From Balanoglossus misakiensis (Eukaryota; Animalia; Hemichordata): 64,000 bases of DNA. Below are positions 1-12,978 of the stretch, one piece after another. The stretch covers positions 464,659 to 528,658 of the forward strand of contig CM082593.2 of NCBI GenBank assembly GCA_040954595.2, written 5' to 3'. Position 1 is the first letter of the stretch, and each line of letters begins with the position of its first letter. The position numbers and the translations under genes are program-made. The notes under the pieces are model-generated. The model saw only the letters and a program-made list of their open reading frames with translations, searched no databases and was not told the DNA's origin.

Positions 1-3000
1 CTACATGCTCCTCGCGATGTAGTATAGTATGAGATTTCAAATGAGGCAGTATCCGCCTCAACCCATGGAAAGTATGAGCATGATTGAGAGAGTAAATATA
101 GGAAAAGTCTGAGTTCTCAAAAGAACTTTAGGTGTCGTATCTAGTGGACGAACTTCAGTTATTTTTTGACAAGTGTATCAATAACAAGTCGCATTTATCA
201 GAGTCGTGAGAACATGAAGAAAACTTCTATTAACTATGATTTGATTGAAAATTCTTGACTTGGATTCTCTAGTGTGTTAATGACGTTTGAATGATTTATG
301 GTATATTTTGATTCTTAGAAATCATTTTGCTGAGTTGAGCACTTTTATCCATTCATGATAGAATATATGCCTTGAAAACACGTTATTAATAATCGAAAGG
401 AGAAAGTTCATTAGGTCAGGGAATTCATCGCTTTTAGAAAGTAAATGAATACTTAATTATTTCATTAAGATATAGTGTGAAAAATTCATGTTATTTTACA
501 AAGATGAATACATTCACATATCTGTTTAACATTTGTATTTACTGACAATCTGTGTTCTGCAGTAATTAATTTCTTTCGGTGTTGTTATCAAAATGACTAC
601 AGGGCTACGTGTCTTCGTATTCAAACCCACCATTGAGTTCTTACTTGTCAACAAACAAAGGTGAAAGCAGCTAGATCAACAGCAGTATGTGTGGATTCTT
701 TGGAGTATCCAGGAACCTGCTGTTAGCTGAGCGCTCTTTCTAGCTTCGGGGATAAAAGTTATTGAGATAAGGATTTGATAGCTCGTCTCAGTTCTGGTTA
801 TCGCAGGCCCGGCTCAGCATCATCGACAAACGTCGAATCTGCTTGCTCGCTAAAGAAATTGACAATCTTCTCTTTCATGTAATGTCTCGGGACAGCAGAC
901 AATGACATCTAGAAGTGGAAGCTGTCCGATCTTATCTGCATGCAGCAGTTGCAATTTCTTAAATGGTGTCCTTCAGCTGAGCTGCTGTCTCCATTGATGA
1001 AACTTCATGTTGAGCATCCCACACTAGATTCTCAGTCGTGTCAGTTTTTACGGCCTGGCTATCTTATATGTCTTCAGTGCTGTCGACTTTGATTTAAGTT
1101 GCGGCATCAATAATGGAACTGACGACACTGCGCTTGATGTGCCTTCACTGTACAGAGAGGCTCAGTAACGTCTGTACCAAAACAGACGCCAATGGAGCTT
1201 ATAAGACATATTTGACTCAAAACCTAAAAATTAAATATTCATTTTTACAGCAAATTCGTCAGTAACTCTGCCATCCTAACATGCTTAATTTATAGTATCA
1301 TTAAATCTTCCTGTCTACGTCTATTTTGCAAGTAATCCGAGTGCAACATTGTGACCGACACTGAACCGAAAATACTCTAATCCATAATGGCATGTTATAA
1401 ATCACCGTCGATTTTATCAATTTCACGCGTTGTTGTCGATTTTATCCTTTCTCCCTGGAGATGCTTGGCACATGCGTGGCTACTGTTGTGCGTTCTTAAT
1501 CCGAGAAAACGCTGTACTTTTCAGTCGTAAATATTCCGATGCAATCACCATCTGGTGCACTTTACTGATTTCATGATGACAGGTTCGGAAATTGTTCGCG
1601 TGAATAAGCACGATCGGTGTCTTAAGTCGACACGCCACGAAAAAAGCTGAATTAGAAAAGTCGTGATAGCGGATGACCTCTGACCCTGTGACGTAATTGG
1701 TTTTACAGAATTGCATTCATGCAATCGTGCCACAGATCAACCCATCTGCTGATTTGATCACCATGCTTTGTAATCAATGTGCGTGATGAAAAAGACACTG
1801 CCGAAGCGCGTCAAACGACACTTTGAATAATCCGCAAGTGATTTCGGCTGGTTTCTGTAGTCTACATCGTTCAAGAGAGGACTTAGATAAGAATCCAGAC
1901 GAAGAATGGCAGGGATTTGCCCTGACTATCAGATCGTCTGTGATTTCCTGTACATTTAAAGTAATGAGAGATCATAATCAATTGCTCAGACTGCATGCCA
2001 ATAATGTCCAAGAAGATATAACCGAGTATTGTCACCTTACAGCAGCAATGCTGTGCCAGATTTTCTACAAAGAAAACCTTATATTGGCAACATTAAATTT
2101 GATTTGGTTAGTTTACTTGAAACTGCAAATTAGGTACTCAACATATTCAAGACAACTTAACTTCAAGAGTGGATGACACTTGATATATAACGAATGAGTT
2201 TGATCCAATGTGGCGTAGCTCCAGATTGTTAAGGCATAAGCCCGCATAATCGACGAAACTAGTTCATTTTCTCACCGAACTACATATATTGTATGCGCAA
2301 AGTCGAAGTTGAAAAGAAACTCGAATCCACAAGGAAGCCCTCCAGGGGGAAACGCGTTTTACGTTCTTGATAAGCATATATGCAGTAAAAAAGTAGGATT
2401 TAAGGTGCACATATCGATGTAAATTACGGCAGTCCCTGGTAATCCCGATCGTGATAAATCAGAAAGTCCTTGCTAAGTACTATCTCATAAAAGCATTGAT
2501 GTTGTGCCATAGTAAATCGTCATCGCTGAAGCACATGCCCCAGACAGACAGATTCATGATATTTAAGTTAGTCTTGCCATATTTCAAAACCTTTTAGACG
2601 TAATTGATATGGAAAAGAAGGCATGAATATTAGCGATAGATAGCGTGTGAGAACATGAAGCTACCTTTCCGATGCATACACTTAAGAGATAACCGTGATG
2701 ACATTTTGAATATGTGCGCGGAACATTCAAATACAATAGCGAATGTACACCGTAACTTGAAAATGAATTTCTACATCCAATCAGTGCAATGATTGACAGA
2801 TTCGAGAAAACATTTCAGTGTCAGAAAGGTATCTAGAGACATAGGGACCTAATAACAGGTAACCCCAATAACAGACTTTAACAATGTGTGAGATTACACT
2901 TTTAGTAAGCTCAGTCGATTGTCGGTTACCATGGTTGCTTGGCATAATAGTGCAAAGCTTTGGGTTTGTGCTATAAGCTGGCTGGTTCGTCATAAAACGG

Positions 3001-6000
3001 TCTCCGTGATATAATGGCTCAATTGTTAAGGCATTGGTGTAAACGTTACAGTTGGTATATGTATCTGCTGTCACGGTTCGTAAACCAAGTGGAGTGTAAC
3101 TTGTTAACAGGCCATATATAATAGAAATCCACTTGACCTGAAAACGCAAAAAATACAAGAACTATTTCCTCACAACCTTGAGAGGGCTAGTATATCTTCT
3201 TTCGTCTTACCGGTTGTGGTGTTTCCGTTTTTCCTTTTCATTTTTAGCACATCCGTCGATGTGACTGTATTTTGTCTTTCATCACATTGTGTACACTAAC
3301 GATTTGCTGTTGTACTGTGTCCCCTTCCCCATCTCTTTCTCTCTCTCTCTGCTTTCATTGCCATTGCTACTTATTTTCATAATATTCTGCTACTTTTGTG
3401 AGTCGCTTTCATCTCATACCAATAATCTTCACCCCTCGACGAGACTATTCAGGGTATTTTGTCAAGATCACCGTTACATAGGAATTGTATCCAACTGTGA
3501 CTGGCCAATACATCCACTTAAGATTTCCGCCATCATGTCTCCCCTGACTGCACAACATCCAGATCACTTTCCTTGCAATGTCTCCAAGTGTCTCAACCAG
3601 GTCGCTACGGGTTACATTGTCGTTCATCTCTTAGGATTGATAACGTGTCTACTTTCTCTAAAGGTGTCCTCTTTTGGGTCTGTGGTCACAGGATGAATAC
3701 ATTATCAAACAGGTTTATCCTAGTTTCCCACAGTTTTTGATATGACATAACTCAAGCTTATCAAGCTGCCTTCACAACATTCACCTCACAAGACTTTCAA
3801 AGAGTTGTTCTGGGGAACTTGAAAGATACTTTATGAGCTCTTAAATTCTACAGAACTGTACATTTGAAGAAACACTATTGCTTATATCAACAATCATGCG
3901 TCGAGTGACATCTAAACTGTGCGACAAAAGTCGGCTTTTTCTCTGAGTTCATTCACAAAGTCCACTCAGCAGAAACTGAAAACCAACGTCAGTGGTCACA
4001 AGCACTGTGTGAATACATAGTAATTCAACCCAATAGTTTAGGTGTTATTTTCCATGTAAATCAAACCAGTCAATGTTTATTCACCACTTCATGTGCTTGA
4101 ACAACTTCTCCATTCTGTTAGCAATATCCTTGAGAATATAACCTGCACTTACATCTCGTTTTAATTATTTTGAGATTTATTTGACGCGGTACACGCATGC
4201 TCTGCACAATATTTTCATTTTAGCCAACAGTACCATCAAAATGACCACAGACCTAGCAGAGAATGGTTGTAAAGGAGAAGGCTGTTAATCACCATCCTTA
4301 AATTATTACTATTACTTTATCGAAAACTTATGTTGGGAATGTTAACGTTGGCAATATCGGCAATTGGCGTAAGATTTGTCCAGTCTTCACAGTTTCGTCA
4401 CAACAAAAGGTCACATTCACTTTTACAAATCACTACATCAGCACAAGCGTGTTAAGTGCTGCAGGCGTGACGTTCCTTTGCAATCTTCTCAAATGCGCAA
4501 CGCCACACGATAGCGTTGATCTGACTGAAGGACTCGTTTACCGCCCACTGTTTTCTTGAACTTCTTGTCGTTTCCCATGAATTACCGGCGTTTTCATCCG
4601 TTCTGTGTGCATAAAAGAGAGATTTGCGTAACGCAAAGTCAAAGGCTTTGACTTCAGAAGCATAAAACATGTCGGTGAAGTGCTTTTGATGGAAATTTAT
4701 CCGCGGGAACACTGCGGAGAAGTGTGAAACTCGGTATGCGAGGATATCGCTTAGCGACTTGACTGATGATTTTTTTCCTGCCCGACTACAACCGCCAGCC
4801 CTTGTCTCATAGAGCTAGGAAGCAAAATTTTACATCACTCTCAAACCAATCATAATATGTTTCCAGGTGCTGTACAGTGTTTGTTGCTTGCCGATTTCTA
4901 GTGATCAGAAGGGTAGATTTTCAATAATTAGAAAGACAACATGCAGGCCTCACAAAATAATATTTATAGTTGCTGTAGGTAATTTATTAAGAACATTTTA
5001 GACAAATGACTAATTTGGAAACTTTTAGAGATTCCACTTAGGTGATTAGGGAAGAATTCGATCAAGTGGAAATGTACACAAACGACTAGATGATTAAATT
5101 GTCTTCATGTATAATATCTACTAATTTGTGAAAATCGATTGAAGTACCTAAGGGAATAAATTAATCGACGATTATTACACAGTCCTAATGAATAATTCTG
5201 CAATTGTTGGTGTTCGCGCACAGGAGAAATAACTCTTCCTAAATATGCATCTTACGTTTTTTGCTTGTAACTGCCCTGCAGACATTTTCCTGACTAAATT
5301 ATGATATTTAACCCTTTCTCCATCATGGTTAAGTCCAAACCCATTGTTTCCTGTCTGCTTGCCCAATCCACCCCTCCCAGAGACTAGCAAACTTTAACCA
5401 GCCATGCAGAATAATATACTTCGTGAATTACCCGGGACCACATCTGGCAAATGCTCGTAGTAAATTTCGTTTGCCATTAAACTGAAATAGAGTGAGTTCT
5501 ACCCATCGATAAAGCTGATTTAGAATAAAATTCAAATCGTATATTTACAAATTAAGCAGACATTTTTCGTTTTCGATAATGAAGTTTGCAAACAAGTCTG
5601 ATTCATTGGCAACGTTTTTATTTCGAGTGCATCCAAACAATTCTCTTAACACCAGCAGTATAAAAATAGGAAATACAAGCTCTGCTGTACCGCACATCCG
5701 TGACTAATCTAAAAATCTATGCAATTGGTTCTTCCAACTTTTCGGACCGACTTCTATCCGACTCTAATCAATTTACCTCAATTTAACAACCCGAGAAATT
5801 GTGTTTTATCACATTATGTTCGGATTTGGGTTTCGCAGAATTGATTTGACTGTAAATGTCTCGCCGGTAATGAAATCGCCTGCATCAACAAATGATCTGA
5901 CAAATTAAATGACAAAAATGTCATGACATTTCTGTGAATGAAAGGAACCACTTCCGTTTTACAGAAAAGAAAAAGAATCTTCGTCGGCTCAGTGAAAACC

Positions 6001-9000
6001 ATTTTCGATATATTAATGCCATGAAGACTGACCCCTGAAACAATTACCACTCATGCAACCTTTTCAAGCACGCTTTATTCTTCCACATTAACATTATATA
6101 ATGACTCTAATCATGTTTTCCACACAGTCACTGTGGAATGACCTTGTTGTAGGGTCACTCAAAGCAGTTACAGGTAGCTTTGATTGACAGATACGGCCCC
6201 GGGAATTTCTCTGCCTCGGTGGAAATCAAATTCTCATGGTAATTTGCAATAATGCAATTCTCACTCAACAGAAAAAAATACGAATGCCTCTTAGCATAGA
6301 GCTCTGAAATTTCCACCAGTGAAGTAAAACAATTTTCAGTTTCTGTCACCGTAAAATAGGCCAATCTTTTATTTCCACTTCGATTTATTTTTATTACTAG
6401 ACGGCGTGTCAAATGCAATGTCAGACTTAACTGTTTAATTTGATTTTCTCAAACTGGAAGATGTTATTTGTTGCTCATTTCTATAGGCATTAAAATCCCA
6501 ATGCTGTGCGATTTGACCTTATCAAGTTATAGCTAGACTAGTTCTCCGAATTCAACGTGTATGATTTGCCGCAATGTCAACGTATTCAGACCAGCCAGAA
6601 AAGTATGTTGACTTGAACCAGCCTTTTGTGACAGTTCCTGTTTTTAAAAAGCCGTTAAGCACTCCGTGAAACAAACATGCAGACAGACGGACGGACAGGA
6701 AAACACAGAGTAACAGTATATGAATGCTAAAAACACCCACACAGGAAGACTAAAACGCAAAAAAACAGCTAACAGGAAACCTCAGAATTTTGAGTGGGTA
6801 CAGTAAGACATATTCTTTATAACATTTTATTTAAAATTTCCTGGTTGCCGACCGATTTGACATGCTCAATAAGCATTAAGCAAAATAGGTCAAGTTCACC
6901 ACTACATAATGCTGGTCACTTGAGAGGATTAAGTCCCATGCTTTACCACAAACTTACTGAAAAAAAGGAAATTTCACTCCACTATCATAATATTGATCTC
7001 CTTAATGGTTTGTAGTGATAGTCTCCACTCAGGATTGTTTTAACGCACGATTTATGACTTTGAATACAATATTTTGAGTTGCTTTAGATGATAACAGTGA
7101 TTATTTATTTAATTTGATTTACCTTTATAGAATTTGACGAAACAAAATACATGTGATTAAGTCACACCAAGGGGAACCTGTCTTATATGATCATACACGC
7201 CCCAGCCCATTGATAAATTCTCCATTATGACGCCAATGTGTTATGATTTAGAAACAGAACAGTGTCAGTTAATTAAGGAAATGTATTGATTGTTATCCGT
7301 AATGGTTTAATTCACTTTTGACTCTGGAGTCATTTATCAAAATACAGACTGCATATGAAAGGCAAGGTACATAATTGCCCGGATTCTCCAGTTAACATGT
7401 CCGGAGAATATTTACATTTCTTGCGAGCAAACATAAGTCCACCCATGTACCTATATACACTTCTGTTTGAATAACTAATGGCCAATTATTGTGGCCCATT
7501 TATATCCCGTCCTTGGTTGGTATTTTGAAAATGAGATCATGTTCTCAATATGCTCCAGCAGTCACTTTATGAATTAAATATCAACAGAGCTTTTGAAATC
7601 ATGTTACACTACTTCTCGTTTGAACTGCATTTTATCAGGTCATGCTGGGTACACACGTGTGCCTGCAACGTGAATCCACATGTTTTCAGTGTATATTATA
7701 GGTCTGCCTGTTTCTGTTTATATTTAATATATTTGGCATGGGTCTTCTCCCCCTACTGCGCATTTCCAAAACACGACCACCCCTTCAATCCACCCCTGGT
7801 TGGGGAAACTGATGAGTCCTGAATACAGTTTATTAAATACAGAGACATCAGAGCAAAGGGAAATTAACTTACTAAACATTACATGGACGTCCGTAACGTG
7901 ACCGTTTGCATTATCGATTTTCCATTTTCATGATTGTGAGTGCCGTATATGACTTTTGACTTCATAATGTGTCTGTGTTTGTAAGGACCTAACTTTACTT
8001 GTTTTAGATATATTGTGTGGTAAGGTACCATCTTAGAATTTTTTGCCCTTTTTTCAGTAATTGTGTTTTGAAGTAACTATATTTAAAACATCAGTGAGAT
8101 TTTGTTAAAAGCTCTCAGAGTGAATGCACTCTATAATGGCAGTGTAGTCACGAGATCACAATCTAAAATTGCCATTCTGAAGGCAATTAAGTAAGGCTTA
8201 TTTGCTCATTGTATGCCCAAGGTGAATGTTCTCTCTCTCTCACGAAAGCAGTCGGTAATTTACAAGTGTTTATGACTACAGCGATAGCATTATAAGAGCC
8301 AATGTAATAGAATATAAAGAGGAATGAAGCCTATGTTGAGTAGTTATTTTGCAGAAGGACTTTTTTAACAAAGCACATCTATTCTTTAACATTTTCAGTT
8401 GGCACTTCGGGCAGAGAAAAAATAGTGAGGTTTCTGATATTACTCTTACAATAATGAAACGTATATTGACTTTGAACCATTTCAGCATTTTGAAATTGTG
8501 CCATCTGAACAACCATCCAACTAACAGCGGCTTTGTGACACTGAACGTTTACAACATATATTTTTAGATAGGTTGCTTTCGGATATTATACCTTTACCAG
8601 ATAAATGAACACCCACAATGAGGAGAGATTTTCAGGAAGACCAAAGTTTAATCATGCAGAGACAGACTTAAACCAAGAAAATATTGATTGTATGAACGTT
8701 GCATGGTTATCGTATCTTTTCACCTATTGGAAGCTGGTAATGAAACAGTCTACATGAACAAGTAATCCCTAGAAACGCAAAGTATTAAGGAAAACGTGAC
8801 CTGCATTTTACAGTCCATTGGGCGCCTCCCGTACACCTGATTCCAAATGTTTAATTTCAAAAATCCAGGAACGACTTACTGGCATTCTGGGTAACATGTC
8901 TAATTCATGGCTTTTTGTCTAAGCCAATCAGACTCGCTGTAGTCATGGTGACGCCCTGTAGAGCCCATCCCTCGATGCACGCATACGTCATCTTCTCATA

Positions 9001-9953
9001 TACATGTTTTACGCACAGCATTACCGATTTTATGCTACATGTACCGGAGTAAATGGACTGACTTGAAGAAGGAGATTCCCCGGACAGCAAGAACCAGTGG
9101 ATTTTAATTTTCCTGCCAGTGATATGACAGAATAGAAGACTGACCAATTGCAGAAGGGGACACTTCCATTGCGAGAAGCATAGTATGAGTCAACGTACTA
9201 GGGTTGGTTGAGGACTCCATATTATGCTGGGGAACTCTCACACGTGAATTATGTTTTCGTCGCTGTATATTTCATCGCACGCGGTGGTTACGATCAGAAG
9301 TGAGTCAGGCTAGTGACGGTAAACTAGACATTTCCGAGGGAAGCTCTCTCGGAAGGAGGGAATGATTGTCTTCACCTAACTGAGCCTGTCTGTACCGACA
9401 GCCAAGACTGGATCACTGAAGACACACATGTATACATTTCAAGGTGAGCTGCAGACTCGATCTTGCAGGACTGTGTATACGTGATGCTGTGCTGTGTACA
9501 GTAAACATCGATTTTCCACTTTCACATCGAATGCAGCGTTTCAGACAGACCACATACAGAAACTCTACCAGCCGTGTCAGTATTTCACTGTTCCGTCGCT
9601 AAGAACACACTGACCCATTAAGACTTTCCATTCAGTCTGCATGTACGAGTGTTTACAATCACGATTCAGTCGTTTTCTCATCGGTCGGCGTATCATGCCT
9701 TCAGCTGATTGACTTCCTCGCCTTGGGCATCTCTGGCAGTTTTGACAGAGCTGGTGGTTTGCAGTCTCTACCCTGCTGTGCAGGTACATTTCCAGCACGT
9801 TAACTTTACTAAATACACTACTATGTAGTTGAGTTTTAGCTTAAGCAATCGCTTGTGTTTGTGTCACCAACCGTGCAACCGGAGACATTTATTTTCACTG
9901 ACCACGACTTCAGTGTGTGTGGTGTTTTTCACTCCGAGTATATCAACAACATT

Positions 9954-10373
9954 ATGGTACAGATGTATTTTTATGAAAACTGCGGAGGCTGTTGCCGAAA
10001 ACTCATCACCAAAATTGGATGTCCGACGAAAATATTATTGTACCCGTATGAAGGCTGGGCTGCATCTGCAATGCACGTCTACTGGACTTTGAAAACGAAA
10101 TGGTGGAGTCGATCGCGGTGCAAAATTATTGAGGTCTGCGCCGGCAGAAAGAGGTCGACAAAGGCCAGAATTTACGACGATGGGAACGGACTGATGTTTA
10201 TTACAGGGTACTTCAAGGAGAGCAAATTGCCCGATTTTGAGCTGGTTCTAACATCTCACGTGACCAAACAAGACTTCCAGGCCGGTTACATTTTAACAGG
10301 TACCCTAGAACGAGGACACAAACATCTGGGCGACATGCAATTGACACATTTTGCTATGATACAGAGAAAGTGA
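9954..10373 (+). CDS. Uncharacterised single-exon protein, 139 aa (MVQMYFYENCGGCCRKLITKIGCPTKILLYPYEGW...THFAMIQRK)
   Basis: First ATG within the 9855-10373 ORF (the track start is TTG) lies at 9954 in a good context (aacattATGG). The composition is protein-like, with alternating hydrophobic/polar beta-strand patterns, Gly/Trp/Tyr motifs and a CGGCC motif, unlike neighbouring random ORFs. Family not recognised. Confidence 0.7.
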   Translation: MVQMYFYENCGGCCRKLITKIGCPTKILLYPYEGWAASAMHVYWTLKTKWWSRSRCKIIEVCAGRKRSTKARIYDDGNGLMFITGYFKESKLPDFELVLTSHVTKQDFQAGYILTGTLERGHKHLGDMQLTHFAMIQRK

Positions 10374-12951
10374 CACGTTTCCGAAACGAACAAATGAGAC
10401 ATGATTGCCATGAGGAAATGATGCTTTTTTGCAGTATAGAATCAAAATACTGGAGACCCAAACACGCGAGTCAGACAAGTACAAAACGCCAATTAACAAA
10501 TGTAATCCAATATTGATTTTTAGTATATCTGCTTTTCGAGTATAATTGTGCTGATTTTATGGTCACTTATCATAATTTCATTCTTTTGAAGAAATAATAT
10601 GAAATATGATCACTTTTGTACATATCTGAACTGTTATAGGCGAAGAGAATGGAACTCTCTTTGCTGAGAAAATTGTAATTTGATATAAAAGTACGTCAGT
10701 GGTAATACCACAGGCACAATTATTGTACAGGGACCCTGATCTCCTGAGGTTGACCTCTATTTTCATGTGGGTTTGTCAAGCTATAAGATAGCATTCTCTG
10801 TTTTCTGTTTCAAAACAGTTCTTTTCATTCCAGTGTGAAAGTCCACAATTCCTGTAGGTGAATATGTGTATATGTGAGTATTCAAAATACGTGTGTATCT
10901 GTCATCCATCAGTGAGGCTGTTAAGAAATAATGTGAGACTATTTATAGAACATTACATCATCCTCTAATGTAGCGCTGACTGACGTCGATTTTCAGCTGT
11001 GGTAATGTGCATTTCAATACAATTTCTCGGTGTACTAATAACACTTCACTATCATTCAATTTTTACGACTTTAGGCTGTGTCGGCATGCAGTGTTATTAA
11101 GGTCAACAGTGGGAAAAAAATTGATGCAAATTATATCTTACAGAGCCGGTATCTGAGTTTTAAAATATGCCAATGGAAAAATTATTCATTTCTTACTTCT
11201 ATTTATTATAAAACCCGAATGATAAATCATTACATGAGCGAATTGGGTGTTACGGACATTTGTAGTAAATGGTACGTGCATGGAATTTACCGATGGACTC
11301 GCTCTAGGGAATTCATGAACAGTGATCACTGTCATAATTTCCTCGACAATTCATTCAGAGGCACCTGGGTAACCATCAAATGTGTTTGAAAAATTGTCAT
11401 GCTGGGTTGTCTGAGGTAATTACTTTATTTCGTCGAAAACAGGAGATTGTTGTCCAGACGCTGATCGAGCAATAAAACAACAAAATTTTGCTGGTTGTTT
11501 AGCTGATTTATAAATTTGCCACCATTTATTTTTGTTCGTGTCACTGACAGGAGAAAAGAGCAGCACAAAATGGACACACATACCGGTACAGTGGGTCTTT
11601 CGTGTATTGCTATTCGAATCAATATCGTCAAGAGGTTCCATTGCAAAATCTGTAGGAATTTAGCTTACGTGTGACCCGATAGTTATAAGTCTTTCAAAAT
11701 AATTGAATGACGGCCGCAATGACATGTCCGCTCTGCAGACAAGAATCTTAGTGAGTGAATGCCAGTAAGTGGCACGTCTCTTATATATAACAATAATTGA
11801 AATTTAGATTCTATAGCAGAAAAAACACAGCGATATATAAAAGCTTGCCAACTGGGTAATAAAAGTGCAGGTTATACAAGGTTTGATTTACAGACGTGTA
11901 ACCTTGGACTTCTCTACCTAGGTCATTGCATTTGATATTGGATGACATCTGAGCAAGTGAAGGTCCCGTTCACCTTTTGATGCACATGACTCATGCTTTG
12001 GCAACAGAAATGTCTACAATTCAACCACCAGGCGCAATATACACATTCTTGATCGATGGTTGTTGTTCAAAAAAGGAAGCAAAGGGCAAAGTAATAATGT
12101 ATAACCATTAATATGTGACACCTTATAGTTGATTGCAGTTGATCCTTTAGTCGACAATACACCTACAGCCGAAAGTTCCCTTGTTGACAAATAGGCATAT
12201 TTGAACTCGGAAGACAGGTATACCTAGACAGTGTTTTGATGGAATCATGTTTGGTTCACCTAACTCTCACAAAGGTCTTTGTTGTGCTATAGCTCTGATG
12301 CGATCGTCGATTACTGCTGTGTATAACTTGCAAAGCGAGAGATAGACACCATTATTAACCTCCGGTATCTAGTTGCCATGGAGATAAACGACCACTCACT
12401 CACATCATGCCGCGGTTAAATAATCAGCAATTTCGCGTTCAGTTTGGAAGATCTTTTCCGTCCATTCAACCCGAACGCTACATAGAAATCGGAGCTACTC
12501 ACCAAAATTCATTGTTTAATATTCACAGGTCCTTTTAGTAATTCATTTTTGTGTTGGAGGGCTCCAAATGTAAAGTGTTGGCTCGTTTTATTTATTGGTC
12601 AGGTATTGGTCCAGCTCACATTCATTCGTGTCAGCAACATAACTCTGTGTCACATGAATAATAAGTTATAATATCAATGAATTATAAATGTATTTCTTCT
12701 TCAGAGCTATTGAGAGTTATTTAATGAAATGTACTGTACAAACTTTTGAATATAAACTAAAGACTGTTATATATATTTGATACATTTATGCTTGAACGTT
12801 TATGCAAATTTTGATTTGAATAATTTTGCCGGGGGCAGCTTCTGTCCACTGCCATTTCTGTGTTTTCTGGCGTCAATTGTATCTTGATTTGCAATAAAGA
12901 GAGAAAACTAAACTAAAATATTAAACTATGATGAGAATACATTTTATTTCT

Positions 12952-12978
12952 GACAGACAGACAGACAGACAAACAGAC
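12952..12978. repeat. (GACA)n microsatellite
   Basis: gacagacagacagacagacaaacagac. Confidence 0.8.

Noticed and set aside
600-1100. GC-richer stretch with a TATA-like motif and short minus-strand frames
   Set aside because: All frames are interrupted by stops within ~40 codons; no recognisable product.
2210-2275. Possible decayed tRNA-derived SINE head
   Set aside because: A/B boxes too degenerate and no cloverleaf; cannot be supported without a repeat library.
4452-4712. 86-aa minus-strand ORF in a CpG-rich patch
   Set aside because: Non-ATG start, no family similarity, no partner exons found.
8020-8510. Possible old DNA-transposon remnant with degenerate terminal repeats
   Set aside because: Inverted-repeat match too weak to define ends by eye.
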